The notes beneath the pieces are model-generated. The model was not told the origin of the DNA, did not search any database, and saw only the letters and a program-made list of their open reading frames with translations. This document shows, in pieces, positions 37,216 through 58,387 of a stretch of DNA of 64,000 bases; the stretch's first letter is position 1; every line of letters starts with the position of its first letter. The translations under genes were made by a program, and so were the position numbers. Source of the DNA: the human T2T-CHM13v2.0 reference genome, Homo sapiens. The stretch is taken from NCBI RefSeq assembly GCF_009914755.1, contig NC_060941.1. One strand, written 5' to 3'.

Positions 37216-39668
37216 GGTCCTTAAAGCATCTCTTTGAATATTTGCAGCTCAGATGCAGAGACCCTAGGGAATCCTGCTGTTGGCCACCTGCAGGAGGAAA
37301 CGAAAATGAGACTGCTCAGGACTGCGGGGTGAGCCCTACAGTTCTCCCTGGACATGGCCTGTTCAGATTCAAACCCAACCCACACCCCAGGTGTATAGAA
37401 GCCTGGTGAGGGCAGGAGGGGGCAGAGAGGGTCCACAGAACGTTCAAGTCCACCAGATGTGGCCCACCCTGAGGGCCGGGATCCCAACCTAGGCACTTGG
37501 TGGCTGAGGAAACCATGGTGGGTATTTGGATGACTCTGCCTGGGCCTGTGTCCAAGGATGCAAATGACCACCCTCAGTGATTCCACCAAGGCCAGGGAGT
37601 CCTCACCTCGGTCGGGGAGCAGCAGGTGGCAAATTGGAGCCCTGGCTGGGCAAACAGGAGCCTTGGCTGAGTTAGTGTGACCCAGGATGAGTCAAGGCTG
37701 AATGAGTTGGGTGTCCAATCCTCTTGCTGGTGGGTGGAGGTCACATCCCCTCAACTGGAAACAGGGCGGGCTCTGAGACAGCTGTGCCCACTGAAGGGCA
37801 GGGAAAGATTCACCTGCTGGTTTCTGGCCCAGGACTGAGACACTGGCACCTTTCCCTGCCTGTCTCTTGGGACTTTCTTTTCATGATCCCTGAGCCTCCA
37901 TGGAAGAAGTCCAACCACCTGAGACCAGCAGGCTGGAGGCCAGGTGCAGGTTCTCTGGAAGCAACCCTTCCAAGGCACGAGTGCAGCCATCCAGGTCTGA
38001 AACCAGCCCAGAAACCACTGAAAACCATCATGTGTCCCAGGTGGAGACCACATAGAGCAGAAGAATTTTACAGGAAAGACTTGGGATTTCTAGAAGTATT
38101 CTTGGTATGACGGTCATACAAGTCCATAGAAAGACGCACAGGTATTATAATGGTTGAGTTTGTTCCATGGAAACAGTGGGACTAATTATAAATCTCATTA
38201 AAGGATATGAGCGAAGACTGAGGACCAAACTCCTGTAGAGGTTAAGTGTGTGTACATAGATCTTCTATTTACTTAGAACTCTTCAGGAAATTTGCATGAG
38301 AAATGGCCAATGATTATCTCTTGGAATGAGAGCCAGAGGTGATGAATGGCATTTTATTTTGATTTTACACACTCTTCACTGTATGATCATTTTATACTAA
38401 ATATGCATAATAGAAATAAAATCTTCTGATAATTATTCACATAAATATGAGATCCACAATACGAGAGATAAAAACATCTAAAAACAAAAGAGACCCAGGA
38501 AATTGCATCATATGTGATCCAATCCTATCACTTTAAAATTATCCAAAGGAATTATGCACATTTGCTAAGATTTTAAATAATGTGACTCTTCTCAGTTCTC
38601 TATAAGTGTGACAAATTGGAAGTATGACATTGATCTCACACTGAATCTTGTATAAAAACCACGAACTCTAATGCAATGATTTTTATATTAAATTTACTTA
38701 CATAATTAAACATATCAAGGAATTAAAGGCAGGAGTATTGTCATCTGGAATCAGAAGAGCTCACAGCCATCTCCACTGTTGATTGAAGATTTGAGTGAGG
38801 GGACTTAGAGACTGAGTCAGTGGGCTGGGGTCTAGGCTTCACTCCTTTTTGGATCAGGTAACTTTAACTTTGTGTCTGTTTCATTGTTTATTTAGCACTG
38901 CTGATACAAACACAGAAGAGCAATTGATCCTCACTGGTGTTCTTCAGGGACAGCTGGTGGTAGGTGAGGGTGAGCTGGGAGGAAGGTGGCATTTTGGGAG
39001 AGAAAGAGTGTCCACTCCCCAAGCAGTTTGATTTTCTGGGGCTGTCCCTTTGACACCAAAGATGAGCCCTTACTGTTCTTTTCTATTTCTCTAAGCTCCC
39101 TCTGATAATCACAGGTTAAGAATTTTTTTTTGTAATAGTACTAATTATAATAAACTTTTGATTTTACTGCCAATTTAAAAAATTATATTTCATTTTTCTC
39201 CATTCACAGGAGCAAATCTGTGAACACATGCTTTGCCTGTATTGAATATGCTCTTGTTCTATGTATTCTGCTTTCATGAATCTAGTTGCGCAGTATTTAA
39301 TTTTTACCCCTTATTGATTACAAATACCATTTCAAGGAAAGCACAGTTTTTTCAGTCTTGAAGGAGAAAAGGGCTTTCCACAGGTAAGGCAGGTGGGAGT
39401 GAGATCAAGTTAGGATGTTGACCAAGAATGGTTTACACAGCAAAGCAGTGCTTACGACTACAAAGGTGCTTGCAGGCATCTGTCTGGAGGTCTCCTCAAT
39501 AGCAAAGCTCCTATCCTGCCCTTTAGATTAATGCTTTTAGAGCCTCACTCCATTTCCCTGGAGGCTTGGACTTTCTCAATTTTTTCACTTCTGGCCACCT
39601 TGTGCAGATGTTTCCAGAATGGGGAATCTTTATTCCTGTTTCTGCCCAAGATCATTCCTGGGTAGTTC

Positions 39669-40079
39669 TACTATAGTTTGGATATTTGTTTCCTCCAAAT
39701 CGTATGTTGAAATTTATCCTCAGTGTTGGAGGTGGGGCCTAAAGGGGGCAGATCCTTCTTGAATGGATTTAATGCCCTCCCTCAGGGGTGAGTGAGCTCT
39801 TGAGCTCTATTAATCTCGGGGAGAGCTGGTTGTTAAAAAGAGCCTGAACATCCCCTGTCTCCCTTGCCTCCTGTCTCAGCATGTAATCACTGCACAGGCC
39901 AGCTTCCCTTCCCCTTCTGCCACAAGCAGAAGCCACTTGAGGCCTCACCAGAAGCAGAGCAGATGCCAGCATCATGCTTTCAGTGCAGCCTGCAGACTGT
40001 GAGCCAAACAGACCTCTTTTCTTCATAAATTACCCACTCTCAGGTGTTCCTTTATAGCTACACAAAACAGACCAAGACA
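39669..40079 (+). mobile_element. MSTB-like solo LTR
   Basis: ctatagtttggatatttg...gagagctggttgttaaaaagagcctg...gaggcctcaccagaagcag...aaaacagaccaagaca. Confidence 0.88.
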
Positions 40080-40627
40080 AGCTCCCTGCCTCCATTTGTC
40101 ACAACCGTTGAGACACTTGTTTTCTTGGTTTTGTTTGTCTTAGTTGTTTTTGACTTTGCCTGGTCTTCTTCCTCAGTTGTTATCTATATTTAGGAGCATG
40201 TATTTCACAGGGATAAAATATTCACTAACGAATACTTCTATTTTATTTTCACCCACATTTTAAAAAGATACAATTCTCCCTTTTGTAGTAGCAAATGTAG
40301 GAGATTTTCATTACTAAATGGCATTTTATACATTTTTCTTATAGGAATTGATTGATGTACGTATTTCTAACTTCCTATATGGATCGCTTCCTCACATTTT
40401 CTTACCTTAAAGAATGACTTTTGTAGTTCTTGACAGATGAAAGGGCTTTTCTCAGAGACTGTAGCAGGAAGACAGGGCAGGTGTGGGAGTTCCTTAGAAG
40501 GGGAGGGCTGGGGCAGCAAGTTGCATGACACCTCCTCAGCTGGCTCCTGGGAATGAAGACAAGAGGCTGTTTAACTACAGACACACTCAGCACCATGAGA
40601 AAGCTAAAACAAACAAACAAAAAGCTA

Positions 40628-43254
<2,627 letters not shown>

Positions 43255-43856
43255 TTAACTCCTGTTTCTCTGGAATTGTCTCACAAACTTCAGGTTGTCA
43301 ATGAGAGACTGCTTGGAGGCTAAGCCTGCTCTGAGGGGCTGCAGCTACCCTGCCCCTGGCAGTGTCTTTGACTGCAAGGCGTGGATAAAGCCGGAGATTT
43401 TTCGATGGAGCAGAGGCCAGCTGGGTGGTTGCACTGACTCGTGATAACCCTGGTGGCAGTGCTGGAGGCCGGTGAGGTGGTGAAGGGCATGGCACTTCGG
43501 ACATGGGCCCTTCTTACATGCAGGACCTCCTGGGGTGCAGAGGCTAATTTCATCTTGTATGGATGATGTTCCTCTTCCTCTGTCACCAGAGATGAGATTT
43601 CGTGTTCAGATCTGGCCCCCATGAGAGTCATGTCATCTGCGCTGTTTTTTATTTTGTTCTGAGCTTCCCACTGTGCGCTATGGCTGGTATTTCCCCAGTC
43701 CATGGCTGTGATTACATCTCTGATACACAAATTAGCTACAGCAGCCTTGTTTCCAGGGGTGACCTGGAAATGGAGAGGATGCTTGAAGTCCTTGCTGCAC
43801 ATGATGCAGAAGCCCCATGGTCCTGGGCCCTGAGGGACTGTCTACTGGGTTGTCAT
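43255..43856 (-). pseudogene. PDLIM1: PDLIM1 processed pseudogene, 5' ~200 codons only
   Basis: ATG at 43856 gives MTTQ*TVPQGPGPWGF...VTPGNKAAVANLCIRDVITA...EAQNKIK...LVTEE...HPYKMKLASAPQEVLH...RSAMPFTTSPASS...PAGL...EKQEL, matching the recalled PDLIM1 PDZ and linker. It is intronless, has a stop at codon 5 and small indels, and lacks the LIM domain. Confidence 0.93.
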
Positions 43857-44124
43857 GGCATGGGGACAGGCTTGTAGGACAAGAGCACTGGTCATACCAA
43901 GAGAACCTGCTCTGAAAATTGAATTTTCCACAAGCCTAGCTGTAACCCAAGGACCAGTTTAAGCTCATATTTCCTCAAACACACTGCCCTGACTCAAAGA
44001 CCAACCTTACCTCCAGCTGTCACTCACCAGTCAGAGCTTGCCAGCTCCCAGAAGCTTCTTCAGAGCCAATGTGCTTTCTTTCCAAACAATATCTAACATT
44101 TCTCTAATAAAACTCTCACCTTTC

Positions 44125-45991
44125 TTTTTTTAAAAAAACTTTTAATTTAGGTTTGAAGGTGCATGTTCAAGTTTGTTATCAGTTTACGTAGGTGAACTCG
44201 TGTCATGGGTGTTTGTTGTACAGATTTTTTTCATCACCCAGGTATTAAACCCAGTACCCACTAGTTATCTTTTCTGCTCCTCTGCCTCCTCCCACCCTCC
44301 AGCCTCAGGTAAGCCCCATTGTGTGTTGTTCCCCTCTATGTGTCCATGTGTTGTGATCATTTAGCTCCCACTTATAAGTGAGAACATGTGGTGTCTGGTT
44401 TTCTGTTTCTGCCTTAGTTTGCTAAGGATAATGGCCTCCCACTCCATCCATGTTCCTGAAAAAGACGATCTCATTTTTATGGCTGCATAGTATTTCATGG
44501 TGTATATATGCCACATGTTCTTTATCTAATCTGTCATTGATGGTCATTTAAGTTGATTCCATGTCTTTGCTATTGTGAATAGTGCTGCAATGAATATTTG
44601 TGTGCATGTGTTTTTACAGTACAATGATTTATATTCCTCTGGGTATATAAATCCCAAATGGGATTGCTGAGTCAAATGGTAGTTCTGTTTTTAGCTCTTT
44701 GAGGAATTGCCACACTGCTTTCCACAATGGTTGAACTAATTTGCACTCCCACCAACAGTGTACAAGCGTTCCCTTTTCTCCAGCATCTGTTATTTTGTGA
44801 CTTTTTAATAATAAGCATTCTGACTTGTGTGAGAAGATATCTCATTGTCGTTTTGATTTGTGTTTCTCTAATGATCAGTGATACTGAGCTTTTTTTTCAT
44901 ATGCTTGTTGGTCATATGTATTCTTTTGAAAAGTGTCTCTTCATGTCCTTTGCCCAGTTTTTAATGGGGTTGTTTTTCTCTCGTAAATTTCTTTAAGTTC
45001 CGTAGAGATGCTGAATATTATGTCTTTGTCAGATGCATAGTTTGCAAATATTTTCTCCTATTCTGTAGGTTTTCTGTTTACTTTGTTGATGGCTTCTTTT
45101 GCTCTGCAGAGGCTCTTAAGTTTAATCAGATTCCATCTGTCAAATTTTGCTTTTGTTGCAGTTGCTTTTGGTGTCTTCATCATGAAATTTTTGTCCATTT
45201 CTATGTCCAGGACGGTATTGCCTACGTTGTCTTCCAGGGTTTTTACAGTTTTGGGTTTTACATTTTAGTCTTTAATCCAGCAGTCCACAACCTTTTTGGC
45301 ACCAGGGACTGACTCTGTGGAAGACAATGTTCCCACAGAGAGCAGTAGGCAGGGAGATGGTTTCGGGATGAAACTGTTCCACTTCAGATCATCAGGTATT
45401 AGTTAGATTCTCAAAAGGAGTGTACAACCTAGATCCCTCACATGTGCATTTCACAATAGGGTTTGCGCTCTTATGAGAATCTAATGCTGCTGCTGATCTG
45501 ACAGGAGGTGGAGCTCAGGTGGTAATGCTTGCTTACCAGCCACTCACCTCCTGCTGTGCGACCTGGTCCCTAACAAGCCACAGACTTGTACCAGTCCATT
45601 GCCCAGGGGTTGGGGACCTCTGCTTTAATCCATCTTGAGTTAATTTTTGTATATGGTGAGAGGAAGCGGTCCAGTTTCAATCTTCTGCATATGGCTAGCC
45701 AGCTATCCTAACACCATTTATTGAATAGAGAATCCTTTCCCCAGTGCTTGTTTTTGACAGGTTTGTCAAAGATCAGACACTTGTAGGTATGCGGCCTTAT
45801 TTCTGGGTTCTCTATTCTGTTCCATTGGTCTATGTGCCTGTTTTTGTCCCGGTACCATGCTGTTTTGATTACTGTAGCCCTGTAATACAGTTTGAAGCCA
45901 GGTAGCATGATGCCTCCAGCTTTGTTCTTTCTGCTTAGGATTGCCCCTGGGCTATTCGGGCTCTTTTTGGTTCCATATGAATTTTAAAATA
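44125..45991 (-). mobile_element. 5'-truncated L1PA15/16-like element with TSD
   Basis: Antisense 3'UTR and ORF2 end (ORF 45708-45908: [18 protein letters not shown]). TSD AAAACTCTCACCTTTCT (~44109-44125) / AAAACTCTCAACTTTCT (~45992-46008). Confidence 0.85.
45278..45622 (-). mobile_element. MER1B hAT-Charlie element nested in the L1
   Basis: Termini cagcagtccacaacc...ggttggggacctctg; perfect 8-bp TSD CTTTAATC at 45270-45277 and 45623-45630. Confidence 0.92.
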
Positions 45992-48900
45992 AAAACTCTC
46001 AACTTTCTCTTTGTTCTTGGAACACACTGAAGACCACCCAATCTGTGAGTATGCCCCACTTTGCCATTCTTGCCTCCTAAATAATCAGTGTTAAGTTTAG
46101 AGATTCATCTCTACATTTTATTTGACTTCAGCAATGTAAACTGTGAGTCAGAGCTGCAGTGGTGGAGGCTGCAACCTTGGCAGCGGGAAGGTCAGTTCAC
46201 AGGGTTTCTCGGCATGCTCCTCCTGTGTCCCCACCGTCTATAGGTGCCCTCCATCATACGTGTGCCTTTGGCTTGTAGACTGGCCTTATCTTTCCAGAAC
46301 TATTTTTGGTCATGCCTCATGCATGAGCTTGTGCCTGAGCACAATGATGTGAAAATTAATTTAGTCATATCTTGTCCAAACTAAAAACATTGAACCACTT
46401 TAAAGGAAAGCAGCTTCCCAATGTTGCCATATATTGTTTTAAAATAATTGTGAAAAGTAGTTGCTCATGTAACAGCACTGGGCCTGCCATTGACCTTGCA
46501 CAAGATGCCTCACACACATCTGACAGCCTATTACGGTGGACGCAGTCCTCAGTGCTGCTGCTGCATGGGACCCTGCTTCAGAGGAGCTCTGCAACAGCAA
46601 AAGTGCCAAGCAGATCGAAGAGGACACAGCAGGACCATGTGGGGCCCTCCTCCCAGTGGTCAGTTACATCTTCTTTTGGTATCATGGTGGAGGTTGGGGG
46701 TGCCCCTGAAGATACCACCTGAGCTTCCTGTGCCCCCTTCCCATGCCTGTACCCACCATGACAAGCTGAGCATGTTTCTGTAGCCGTCCTCTACCCTGAG
46801 TAGATACTCTGCATTCTTACTGTGCAATGCTTTCAGGACTGTGCCTCTGTGGTCACCCCTGTCATCCAGCTCTGTTATGGCCATGGGAACCAGAATCTGG
46901 CATGTTCCAGCACCTCATTCTGCAGTTAGAAATCAACAAAACCTCCCAAATGGGAGAGGAGGGCCTAAAACCCTTGGAAAATTTCCTCTGCGAGATTTGC
47001 ATGAGACTTGGAATGCCCTGAAGTTTAATATATGAAGGTATTTGAATGACACATAGAACTCCGTGTAAGACAGGTGTAGCCAACAGAGAAAACCATTCAT
47101 GTCAACATTCTCCCTCGTGCTCTTTCAGAGACCCTCTGAGTTATAGCACCCAGAGGCCCTGGATGGCTTGCTAGTGGATAAGCCCCATGCACAGGCAGGA
47201 GAGTGGCACATTCTCTGGGTAATGAAGTATCCTATAGCTAGAAGATTAGAAACAATTCTACATGAAACATTTGAAAGTATCTCTTGATCAGTTTGTTTCT
47301 GAAGACACAGCTTTCCTTTGGGAAACAGTAACCCAGAGAAAGGTCTCCACAACCAAAAAGCACCGTGAATTGTTAGTTGCATTTTGCCTGGTCACGTGAG
47401 TGAATTTCCTCCTGGACTGCATTGAATCTGCACTGTTTTGGAGACTGGCAGATGCATCGTTGATAAAGCCACATGTGCAGGGTCACCATCAGTTGATGTA
47501 CTTCCATCCTAGTTGATGCTGTTGATTTTTCCCTGCCAGGAAGCTTCCTGACACAGCCTGCACCCCAGTGGACTTCCCAAAGCAAGTTGAGTCTGACTTT
47601 GCACCCCTGACTTGAGAGTCATCTGACTTCTGGGCACGCCACTGAATACTGATGTACCTGAAGGAACCCTGGGTACCAAACGTGCTCAAGTGAATGAATG
47701 ATGTCCAGGACAAAGCCCAGCAGGTGTCCAGACAATGGCCTCCCACCAGAGATCTTGTCAGCACGCCGGTCTGAGCACTGTGTGCCTTAGTGTCTTTCTG
47801 TCCTGGTTGCAATGAAGTCTTTCTCCATAATGTCAGTTTTTATACTTTTTGACCTAGTAGGACATCATGTGATGGATTTTCACGTGATATGAATTCAGCC
47901 TAGGTATGTCTTAGGATTGGTTTAGAGGGAAGACTGAAGCAGGTGAAATGGCAACCCCTTGAATACACATCCGAAATAAATTGAAAAATATTCAGCATGA
48001 TTTAATGGTATTTTTTAAAATAGGAAACAAAATATTTCCTGTTCATTAGAATCATTACATCAACTAAAGTCGTCATAACTAAAATCATCATTACATCAAC
48101 TAAAATACAAAATATGGAATCTAATCTGATCTTCAGCAGATGTTGGCATTTCTTTAAGTACACGTCTTTACTTCTGCAGTGCACTAACAGAGACTCAAGA
48201 ATGACAAAGGGGGAAAAAAGGCAAAATTAGGAAAAAGGGAGACATTTTGTAGTTGATGTTGGATACACTGGATGGACTATCCATTTGATATACCTTCTCA
48301 TTGATAGAAGAGGAAACTTCAGGTTTCACAAAGGCAAATAGTGTTTCATGAGAAAAAGCAACAGAAAAATATCAATAATCAAAATATTTTAGTGTTTTAT
48401 GAAGAACTGTATTGTAGCTTGAATCTTTAATTAAATAAATGTTTTCTTTTGCATGTAAAATAGAATTCAGCCTTTCCTAACTCAGGACAGCAATGGGCTG
48501 AAGACAGTGCTGGGCCCATCCTGCCACCTGCTGGGAGGCCTTGTTCCCTCAAAAGACTTGGTTTGGAAGGATGATTGGAAAATAGCTTTACACACCCACC
48601 CTTTATTGTGTTTTTATTCACAAAGCCTTAATATACCGCCATACTTCATGTAGTTGATTTTTCATATCTCTGATAAGTTTTTAAATGTCAGTATTCCTAC
48701 TAAAGTCTCTCTCTCTGTCCTGTGTTCTGTGTTCTAGGGTGTATGAAGAAAGGGCTTCAGCAGAAACAGAGGCTGAAGCTGCCTGTGTGCTGGGGGCTGA
48801 GAGGCCAGAGGAGAATGTGGTGAGACATAGAATTGGCATGGGGAGTGTCCCCAGACCTACTGATGACTTTGGCTCACAGATAACCAGGTCCCTGAGCAAG

Positions 48901-49128
48901 GGTGCTGACTGCAGCCTCTCTGCACAACCAGGACACCACCATGGGGTGGGGTGCATAATGTGTGGGGACATCCACACTGTTGAAGGGGAAACAGCCAGGA
49001 AAAAAGAAGCGGCAGCTCCATTGTCACCACGAGACACTTCCCCAATGCATCAGGTTTGCAAAACCCTGGGTGCAGAGCAGTGTCCACACAGGCTACCTTT
49101 TCTGTTCAAAGTAAGAACCACAAAAAAG

Positions 49129-49450
49129 GGCCCAGTCACAGAGGCTCATGCCTGTAATCCCAGCACTACAAGAGGCCAAGGCAGGAGGATCGATTGAGCC
49201 CAGGAATTTGAGACCAGCATGGGTAATATAGGAAGACCCTGTCTATACAAAAAAAAAAAAAAAAAAAAAATTTAATTAGCTGGGCGTGGTGGCTCATGCT
49301 TGTAGTCCTAGCAACTTAGGAGGCTGAGTCGGGAGGATCCCTTGAGCCCTGGAGTTTGAGACTGCAGTGAGCTGTGATGGCACCACTGCACTGGGTATCA
49401 AAGTAAGACTCAAAAAAACCCAAACCAAAAAACCAACAAAACAAAAAAGC
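49129..49450 (+). mobile_element. AluJ with TSD
   Basis: Dimer with an expanded middle A tract; TSD ACCACAAAAAAG at 49117-49128 and 49451-49462. Confidence 0.9.
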
Positions 49451-50127
49451 ACCACAAAAAAGATATCATAGCAATGCTGTGTGTACGGGAGTCTCCAGCA
49501 GGACACACAAACAATCCAGCGCTGACCTCTGGAGAGAACTGAGAGGCTGGGGATGCAGCAGGGAGGGGACGTCCACTCCGTGCCTGGATTCCTGTGAACA
49601 TGGGGCCGTGCACAATGCCCACGAAAATGAAAATGAAACCTGCCAGCCTGCTGGCCAGGGACTTGTAGTGAAGCACAAACACCACGGACGTGACTGTTGC
49701 TGGTGGAGGTCGCAGCCTCTGGATGCCTCAGTGGCACTGTTCTTGTAGCTGAGCGGAAATGCCCACAGCATCTGCATCTGGCACGTGCCTGGGGGCCTGC
49801 AGCCGCAACAACCTCAACCGGAGATACTGATGGTGTGGAAAGGCAGAGACACTGATGGTGCGAAAAGGAAAAGGCGTCTGGGAGGGCCTGTGAGCTGGAG
49901 GGCAGCCATCGGGGAGGTGGAGGAGAACCCTGAGGCGGGTTTCTCCACATGAGAGATGTCACCTGAAACCACCCGGATGCTGGCCAAGGCTTTGGCCTCC
50001 TCTTGCTGCCTCTGTATTTCCGAAAATGCATCGCTAATGGGGTGAAGGGACTCACCCTCAGGCCTGCCGCCCCACCAGGCTGGGCCAGGACACCAGGCAC
50101 CCGGCACTACCCCATCACAGCCCCAGG

Positions 50128-50500
50128 CTGCGTCTGTGTGTCTGGGCGTATCTGTATTTGCATGTCTGTGTCTCTGTATCTATGCAGGTATAGATATGTA
50201 CGTCTCTATTATCTATATTTGTGTGTCCATGTATATGTGTGTCTATGCAGATGTCTATATGTGTGTGCCTGTGTGTCCATGTGTGTCTGTGTGTACTGAT
50301 GTGTGATCGTATGTCCCTGTGTCTGTATGTGACGTGTCCACGTGTGCACGTGTCCGCATCTGTGTGTACTCATGTGTGACTGTATGTGTCCCTGTGTGTC
50401 TGTGTTGTGCATACCCATGTATGTCTGTGCACACATGTACATATCTGTGTGTAGATGTGTCTGTGTCCCTGTGCACCCTTGTGTAGCTGCGTCTGTGTCC
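50128..50500. repeat. Degenerate (TG/TA)-rich low-complexity tract
   Basis: tgtgtgtctg/tatgtgtgt variants over ~370 bp. Confidence 0.8.
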
Positions 50501-51310
50501 AGCTGTGTAAGAGGCTTCAGCAGGGGAAGCTGGGCTCTGCCACAGGCCCTGATGAGAGTCAAGGCCATAAAACAAACCCTCTGAGCCCCAAACACCTGGT
50601 CCTAGGAATGGGCTGGACTTGGGAGTAAGTCAGCCCAGAGCGACTGTGAGGGCCCCAAGCCTGCAGGAACAAGAATGAAGAGGAGTCCTGGGTCTGGGGT
50701 CCAGGACCCTCCCCAGCCAGTACCAAGAGGGCAAGAGAGAGATCACAGCAGGCCCTGCTGACTGGGCTGATTCTCTGCCCTGGAGACTGCAGGCCAGGGG
50801 TCTTCCTCTTGGCCTCCCCTGCCACTAGGTGATGCTCAGGGCTGGGGGTAAGGAATGACACTTCATGCCCTGGAGCTGCCTGACTGGCCCTGGCTGTGCC
50901 TGCTGCAGAAGTGATATCAGCTGACATCATGAGGTGTGACGTCACTGAGGCCTCCTCAAAGCTGAGTCTGTTACTGTGGAAGAAGCCCATCAGTCCTCGT
51001 CCTCAGGAAGCTCATGATTCAGGCAAGGAAAGAGGCCCACAGCCAGATCACTCTGATTTGTGCACTCAGGACATGGCCACGGAATCAGGCAGGATCCAGC
51101 CAGGAAAAAGAAGCCCTCCAGTTCTCTCTGACAGAGAGAACAGTGTCTAGGGAGCTGGTCACACTGTGATAAAGGCTCTGAGAGCTAAACAGGTTGAGGA
51201 GGAATCCAGGATTGAAATCAGCAGGAAGCCACCGTCCCAGGCTGGAGGCAGGGAAGAAAGCAACAGGGTCAACAGTCCCAGGGGCTGTGTTCACACAAAG
51301 AGGCCTGTTC

Positions 51311-56100
<4,790 letters not shown>

Positions 56101-57021
56101 TCAATCCTTTCTAAAAACCAGAGAAATGGAATGGCATATATTACTTATCAAAGGCTGTGCTGGATACATTATAGCCATTATCTTACTGAGCTTCAGGAAT
56201 GTCTGTGAGGTGGGAGCTCAGAATGGCCAAGTATCTTTTTTTCTCACAGCTAGGAACAGGCAGTAAATTTTTTCACTAGACAATAGATACTTTTCTACAT
56301 AAGGGCCAAGGATCATCTGCCAGGGTTATTTAATACAAAGGAGATTTTCACATTAGAAAGCAGATTATTAATACAACCGATAATAATAGTAGCATGCCCT
56401 TTGCATACATTATCTCCTTAATCCTCACGAATACAAAAGAAAGAACCTAAGACATCAGAGAGCCACTTAGGATTAAGAATGCAAGTTGCCCCTAATATGC
56501 ATCCTCTGTCCTTAAAGACCTGAGCTACTAACATGGAAAAGATTGAAAAACACTGCCTTCAGGTATGAATAAACATATATTACATCTCAGTGAGAATGCA
56601 TCACTTAGGGGCAAGGGAAGCAGTTGCTTATCTATTTTGTCTTATCTACTGATAACTAAATTCAGAAATTGTAATAGAATACAAATGTTATAAATATATT
56701 TTCTCTTAATTTTTAAAGAGCAATGGTTACAGTCTGAAAAACTGTCATTCAGCAACTAGTATTCAAAAGTGCCATACTGAGGCGAAATCTTTTTGGTTTT
56801 CAGTATCTAGCTTTATCATGTCACAATTACCTTCAGATTCTTTTTCCACTTATATTGCAAAAATGCAAATGAACTCAAAACTCTAGGTAAATCTATAAAC
56901 CTATACCTATGAATCAACCTTTAATTCATTACAAAATATGCTTGCTCTACACACACTTTCTTTCCCTTTTTTATGTGCATTATCTTATTTAATCCTCAAA
57001 GCAATCCTCTGAGTTAGGAGA

Positions 57022-57394
57022 TTTTTTTTTAAAGGGATACATGTGCAGAACGTGCAGGTTTGTTACATAGGTATACATGTGCCATGGTGGTTTGCTGCAC
57101 CCATCAACCTGTCATCTACATTAGGTATTTCTCCCCATGTTATCCCTCCCCTAGCCCCCCACCCCCCATAGGCCACAGTGTGTGATGTTTCCCTCCCTGT
57201 GTCCATGTGTTCTCATTGTTCAACTCCCACCTCTGTGTGAGAACATGCAGTGTTTGGTTTCCTGTTCTTGTGTTAAGTTTGCTGAGAATGATGGTTTCCA
57301 GCTTCATCCTGCAAAGGACATGAACTCATCCTTTTTATGGCTGCATAGTATTCCATGGTGTATATGTGCCACATTTTCTGGGAGTGTAAATTAG
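57022..57394 (-). mobile_element. Short L1PA 3'UTR fragment
   Basis: Poly(T), then atacatgtgcagaacgtgcaggtttgttacatagg...tatatgtgccacattttct. Confidence 0.88.
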
Positions 57395-57572
57395 TCATTC
57401 TTCTTTCTTTAACCTTAAAATTTGAATTTATAGAGCTTTAAGTTCTTGACTGTAAAATCAAAAAGAAAAAAGAGATGTGAGGTCAAAGGAAGGAGAGATA
57501 GTGAAAAATGGGCCAGTAGTTAAAAAGTAAAATTTTTCAGTAAAGAGTAACAGTTAAGATGGTTGTTCATGT

Positions 57573-57949
57573 TGTTATTGAAACAAAAGAGGTTTGGTCT
57601 AGGTCCTGCTGCTCACCGCACAGAAACCCAATGACAAGTATTGCTAAGGAAGAAGGCTGTAACCTGGTGCTGCAGCCAAGGGGACAGAAGCTCAGTCTCA
57701 AATCCATCTCCTTCACTGACTAAAACTAGGAGTCTATTTGGCAGGAAGAAATGTAACAATGTATAAGAAAACAGGAACTAGGGAGGAGCAAGGAAGCATC
57801 TGGTACTGTGATCTGGTGAGTTTCAGCTTTTTGATACTTTCTGAAGGTCTTTTTTTGAAGAGGGAAGGCAGATAAATACAAGTTTCAAGCTTTAGCAGCA
57901 GGGTTAAATTTCTGTATTTATTGTCTATGAGACTATCAGGATGGTTTCA
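57573..57949 (-). mobile_element. ERV1 (MER66-like) solo LTR
   Basis: The reverse complement starts TGAAACCATCCTGATAGTCTCATAGACAA and ends ...GCAGCAGGACCTAGACCAAACC...TTTCAATAACA. Confidence 0.65.
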
Positions 57950-58387
57950 AAGTAAGCAATGTTTCTACAGGTCCTTTTTGTTCTTTTAAAATCTGAAATA
58001 AACCTTTGAATGTATGTTATATGCTAAACCTAAAGAAAATCCATTTCATGTGCTAAACACCAGAGTAGATCGAAGTAAAAGCTGTTACAAATAGCCTATG
58101 AGTATCAAGTTTGGGAACACTATGAAAAAATTCCAAAAAAGGTAATCAATTCATAAAACTTACAGATGAACAAGTGAATATTTCAGAATTCTTCTCAGTA
58201 CTAGGTATCAGCATGACCTTATCAATATTTGCATTACTAACCATACAATAAGAACCTGACTTCTGACTATTCTAAGGTATAAATGTGTACTTTACCTTAA
58301 ATAGGAAAATGTGTCATGTATCCATTTTGAGATTTAGTACAAGATTCACAGAAGAGAAAACTGATAGCCCTGTATCGATTAAAAGCA

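Larger units (their letters stand above)
43873..46134 (+). mobile_element. MER34-family LTR split by an L1 (pieces ~43873-44124 and ~45992-46134)
   Basis: Starts tgtagga. The 3' part ctctttgttcttggaacacactgaagaccaccc...tttagagattcatctctacattttatttgacttcagca is characteristic of MER34. Confidence 0.75.

Noticed and set aside
30141-40079. Two same-orientation MSTB LTRs as one provirus
   Set aside because: The intervening 9 kb is L1, Alu and unique DNA rather than MST internal sequence, and the LTRs differ by large indels. They are independent solo LTRs.
48049-48106. Short direct repeat ATCATTACATCAACTAAA x2
   Set aside because: A local slippage duplication with no supportable function.
56820-56880. 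Possible further - strand exon ending ...GAATCTGAAG|gtaatt
   Set aside because: It has a donor-like site only, with no match to recalled GTF2I sequence and no clear acceptor.
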